64,000 nt of DNA from the NCBI GenBank assembly GCA_000002445.1, contig CM000207.1:1952001-2016000 (forward strand). Reading direction: 5' to 3'. The translations under genes were made by a program, and so were the position numbers. Position 1 is the stretch's first letter; each line of letters starts with the position of its first letter. Below, piece by piece: positions 62,501 through 64,000 of this stretch. This stretch comes from Trypanosoma brucei (lineage: Eukaryota). The notes beneath the pieces were generated by a model, which saw nothing but the letters and a program-made list of their open reading frames with translations, did no database searches and was not told the origin of the DNA.

Positions 62501-63307
62501 CCTACCGCTCCCCCCGGCATTCCTAGTGCCGTTCCCGTCTTTGCTGTCATCCCGAGACGCGTTCAGGAAACATACCTTCGTGTCTTTGAGGCTCCAAGTT
62601 TAGCGGTAACATCTGTTTCCCTTTCACGTGACAGGAGGTATGTAGAGCTGTGTGTGCGGAATATGAACACGGTTCACACGATTGAGTTGCTGTGTAGTCA
62701 CTTGAGTTTTGCTAATATACCGGATGCACTGATTGTTGCAGGAGCTGAGTACCTTGTTCCACCCATTGAGATAATCAAGGTGCCACGCGGAACGAAGCAA
62801 ATTCCACTCCCATGGGTGGTTCGAGGACAGCCCAAGTGCGGTGGCACACTTTACGTGGACTTTTCAATTGCCTCAGCAGAAGCTGTATGCATGGAACCAC
62901 TGGAAGATGCCATCGTCACCATCAAAACACTCCCAAACGATCTTGGTGGACTTCGTAATCAACAGTTGGTAAACGTTACCGGAGGTGAGTTGGCTTCAAT
63001 CATATTACCTGTAATGAAACCTGTGCAACTACTTGTTTGTGTGAGCGCACCGTGGAAGCGTGTCGTTCCGCTGCGGGTTCGTCTTGCAATGGAGCAACAA
63101 GCGCTTGATATGAGCGTATTGAGCGGTGCCGTTGACGCGGTGCACACTGTAGGCGGTGGGGAAACCAACGATGCAACTCGGTTGTATCAGGAGGTAGTAG
63201 AGGTTTTTGCCTTTAAAATGGGAGAACACCCACTTTCCGTAACGCTATCCGACGCGGATGGGCGAGAGACAACACACACTGTAAGGTTGCAGTGGAAACA
63301 CATCTGA
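59573..63307 (+). CDS. TRAPP II-specific large subunit, TRAPPC9/TRAPPC10 (Trs120/Trs130) family
   Basis: The N-terminal conserved blocks CACRCVVLDPPAD (nt ~60097-60135) resemble TRAPPC10 DRCVVLSDP. KGDLLLILGSFNAALMSYDEALGGADALWCAATLEAIATL (nt ~60424-60540) resembles TRAPPC9 [40 protein letters not shown]. The C-terminal half has the V.L.NP...V.L Ig-like patterns typical of the family. The track start 59558 is TTG; the first ATG is 59573. Confidence 0.55.
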   Translation: MKDPVVSGSPVVDAAVLPCTQLRANRRMPLLWLPMSLCKQLYSEHGEGNATTIGRNGEDNMHGNMSGDSVEQVLECLSGLERGVLNAVLRQPFLPIHTLREAFPVGRNYNFDDDLFEILVRVASNVDSVTASASAEVEVHMGTAAVVVVLNCYEHEPNLALKAVGYVFEKYFKNCACRCVVLDPPADIESGGLREVLIPVSTGASINDVANHVLREVAFAMVRRADARLVELSSMIASIVEAKPGPSDLSSVLRFKSSSKSGKGSATADAAPSYGSGTSLMKRKGDLLLILGSFNAALMSYDEALGGADALWCAATLEAIATLRFMQNAPLLALRESAESTFVSLAFDGSVWSNDMKKTMDEIDKVTSTLQVSQRKALTALKRNTALSVLGKRLTKEVEDPLSSQCESLRRRIRSLDETMSNERVEKYGRRALGCLRQIIHLSFHELHLYLNEALQLLRTVVGARTLLRERELNIHVKRAELLAEEGDKQSMLECFSLIKDLAAQSGDGTLQQRIRTQIPRICARAGCCRKAIHYIADAALTQRRKGANGSAILLLLMACRVAGIPFPENGLGDDITVLTCSRQGQDILSPAVANGDAKSSSTKKECASLRLGTRPCEAQAVPLLTELLDAITEEGFDSDAKCSVASMLLFDYYPFLSDDTQESLMTLIAKKSAHYQSLHCSTPPFLDDMEVLPLPPHLEPKTISLSGAQFTFIDTGRLKMTVLTLNGKIIPQGQVVWSVGTVGEVTVVLKNPLRTQVELSSVALSCCPVSSLNGDGGTTNLEEEHGLTTDAPSTYVVTNVTLQPMSKLQLCLQVLPTTPGFLSVKGVEIRFSNMPWCGTFMMPVRKPEVIPVLQELPMVSCALGVNEVEIFCGQTVEFTLHVVNTGRVPVHKFQITVHDESCQLDTCEGCKERLSASSLYVTIERDPSTEQRSESSLEVGGVTTRRVTIASPLGSDNKAFQHIVFRTCMELPYNQPTAPPGIPSAVPVFAVIPRRVQETYLRVFEAPSLAVTSVSLSRDRRYVELCVRNMNTVHTIELLCSHLSFANIPDALIVAGAEYLVPPIEIIKVPRGTKQIPLPWVVRGQPKCGGTLYVDFSIASAEAVCMEPLEDAIVTIKTLPNDLGGLRNQQLVNVTGGELASIILPVMKPVQLLVCVSAPWKRVVPLRVRLAMEQQALDMSVLSGAVDAVHTVGGGETNDATRLYQEVVEVFAFKMGEHPLSVTLSDADGRETTHTVRLQWKHI

Positions 63308-64000
63308 GGGGATGTGAGTCGGTCGACTTCTCTAACGCGTCGGGTATTGTGCTCGGCAGTTTCCTCTTCTGAAGAGGGAGAATAAAGCAGAAGAGAAAGT
63401 AGTGCCACCTCGCACGTATTCACCTCGTCTGCTCATTTCCGTTTGCGTTGGCAATCGTTTTCTCACCTCTTTCAGAACAAGCTGACAATTGTAGCCAATC
63501 ATTCCTGGTATCTGATCGATTTACCCTCTTTATATTGGTGTCGTGCCGCTTGTTTGTTTTATCAAATCGGGTGTATTCATACATATTTATACGCTTGTGT
63601 GTTTTCCTTTTAATTTTACTTTTCGTTCATTTGCAGAATCTTTACATCCACTCATTATGCCCCCTATTTTTTGTCTTTTAGCCATCTCCACGTATATTTT
63701 AGCAGCAGCGGTAGCCAAAAGGGAAAGTAACCACAAAGGCAGTTAACAAAAGCAAAAGGGAAGTAGTGACAATAGTAGGAACGGAAGGAAAGATAAGGAA
63801 ATAAGTAGTGCAAAATTAGTGTTTTTAGGGCCTTAACTTGGTGTTGTACCTGCCAGGGTCCTAAGCTAATATAGGTTAGTTTTATGCCTCCGAGAAGTGC
63901 TGGGGTGCGCGAAAGGCAAAAGCGAACTCGCGAAGACAGCAAAACCTCGGGGCAACTGCACAAACGCCAAAAGGTCCTGCCAGCGACTGCAACTCACCTC

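Noticed and set aside
1-64000. Searched for a prokaryote-style novel defence/biosynthetic system as prompted
   Set aside because: The sequence is eukaryotic (kinetoplastid-like) with unrelated housekeeping genes in one transcription unit. There is no operon logic, no Shine-Dalgarno/terminator structures, and no phage or mobile-element genes, so calling a 'system' would be unsupported.

Overview
This window looks like a kinetoplastid (Trypanosoma-like, possibly T. brucei-group) nuclear chromosome-internal segment: about 25 intron-less protein-coding genes, all on the + strand, consistent with a single polycistronic transcription unit with no strand-switch. Pyrimidine-rich intergenic tracts, dinucleotide microsatellites and homopolymer runs fit this, and I found no prokaryotic operon signals, CRISPR, rRNA or tRNA. 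The supplied ORF track calls GTG/TTG/CTG as starts, so I moved several starts to the first in-frame ATG. Genes I could assign from motifs are listed below; about eight further ORFs are hypothetical proteins.
- Partial type-I DnaJ ending in a CaaX box.
- 2-phosphoglycerate-kinase-like P-loop protein.
- Mitochondrial PPR protein.
- Leucine-carboxyl-methyltransferase / Kelch / JmjC fusion resembling TYW4+TYW5 of the wybutosine pathway.
- Dolichol-kinase-like membrane protein.
- Poly(ADP-ribose) glycohydrolase with the GGG-X7-QEE signature.
- Tctex1 dynein light chain.
- SpoU-type RNA 2'-O-methyltransferase.
- TRAPP subunit Bet5.
- Ser/Thr protein kinase.
- PAF-complex LEO1.
- NifS-like class-V aminotransferase.
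- MFS transporter.
- Alpha/beta hydrolase.
- Dpy-30/IQ-motif large protein.
- EngB-like GTPase with a long extension.
- Syntaxin-5-like Qa-SNARE.
- TRAPPC9/10 (Trs120/130)-family protein.
I did not find a compact novel system. The notable items are unusual domain architectures, not an accessory island.
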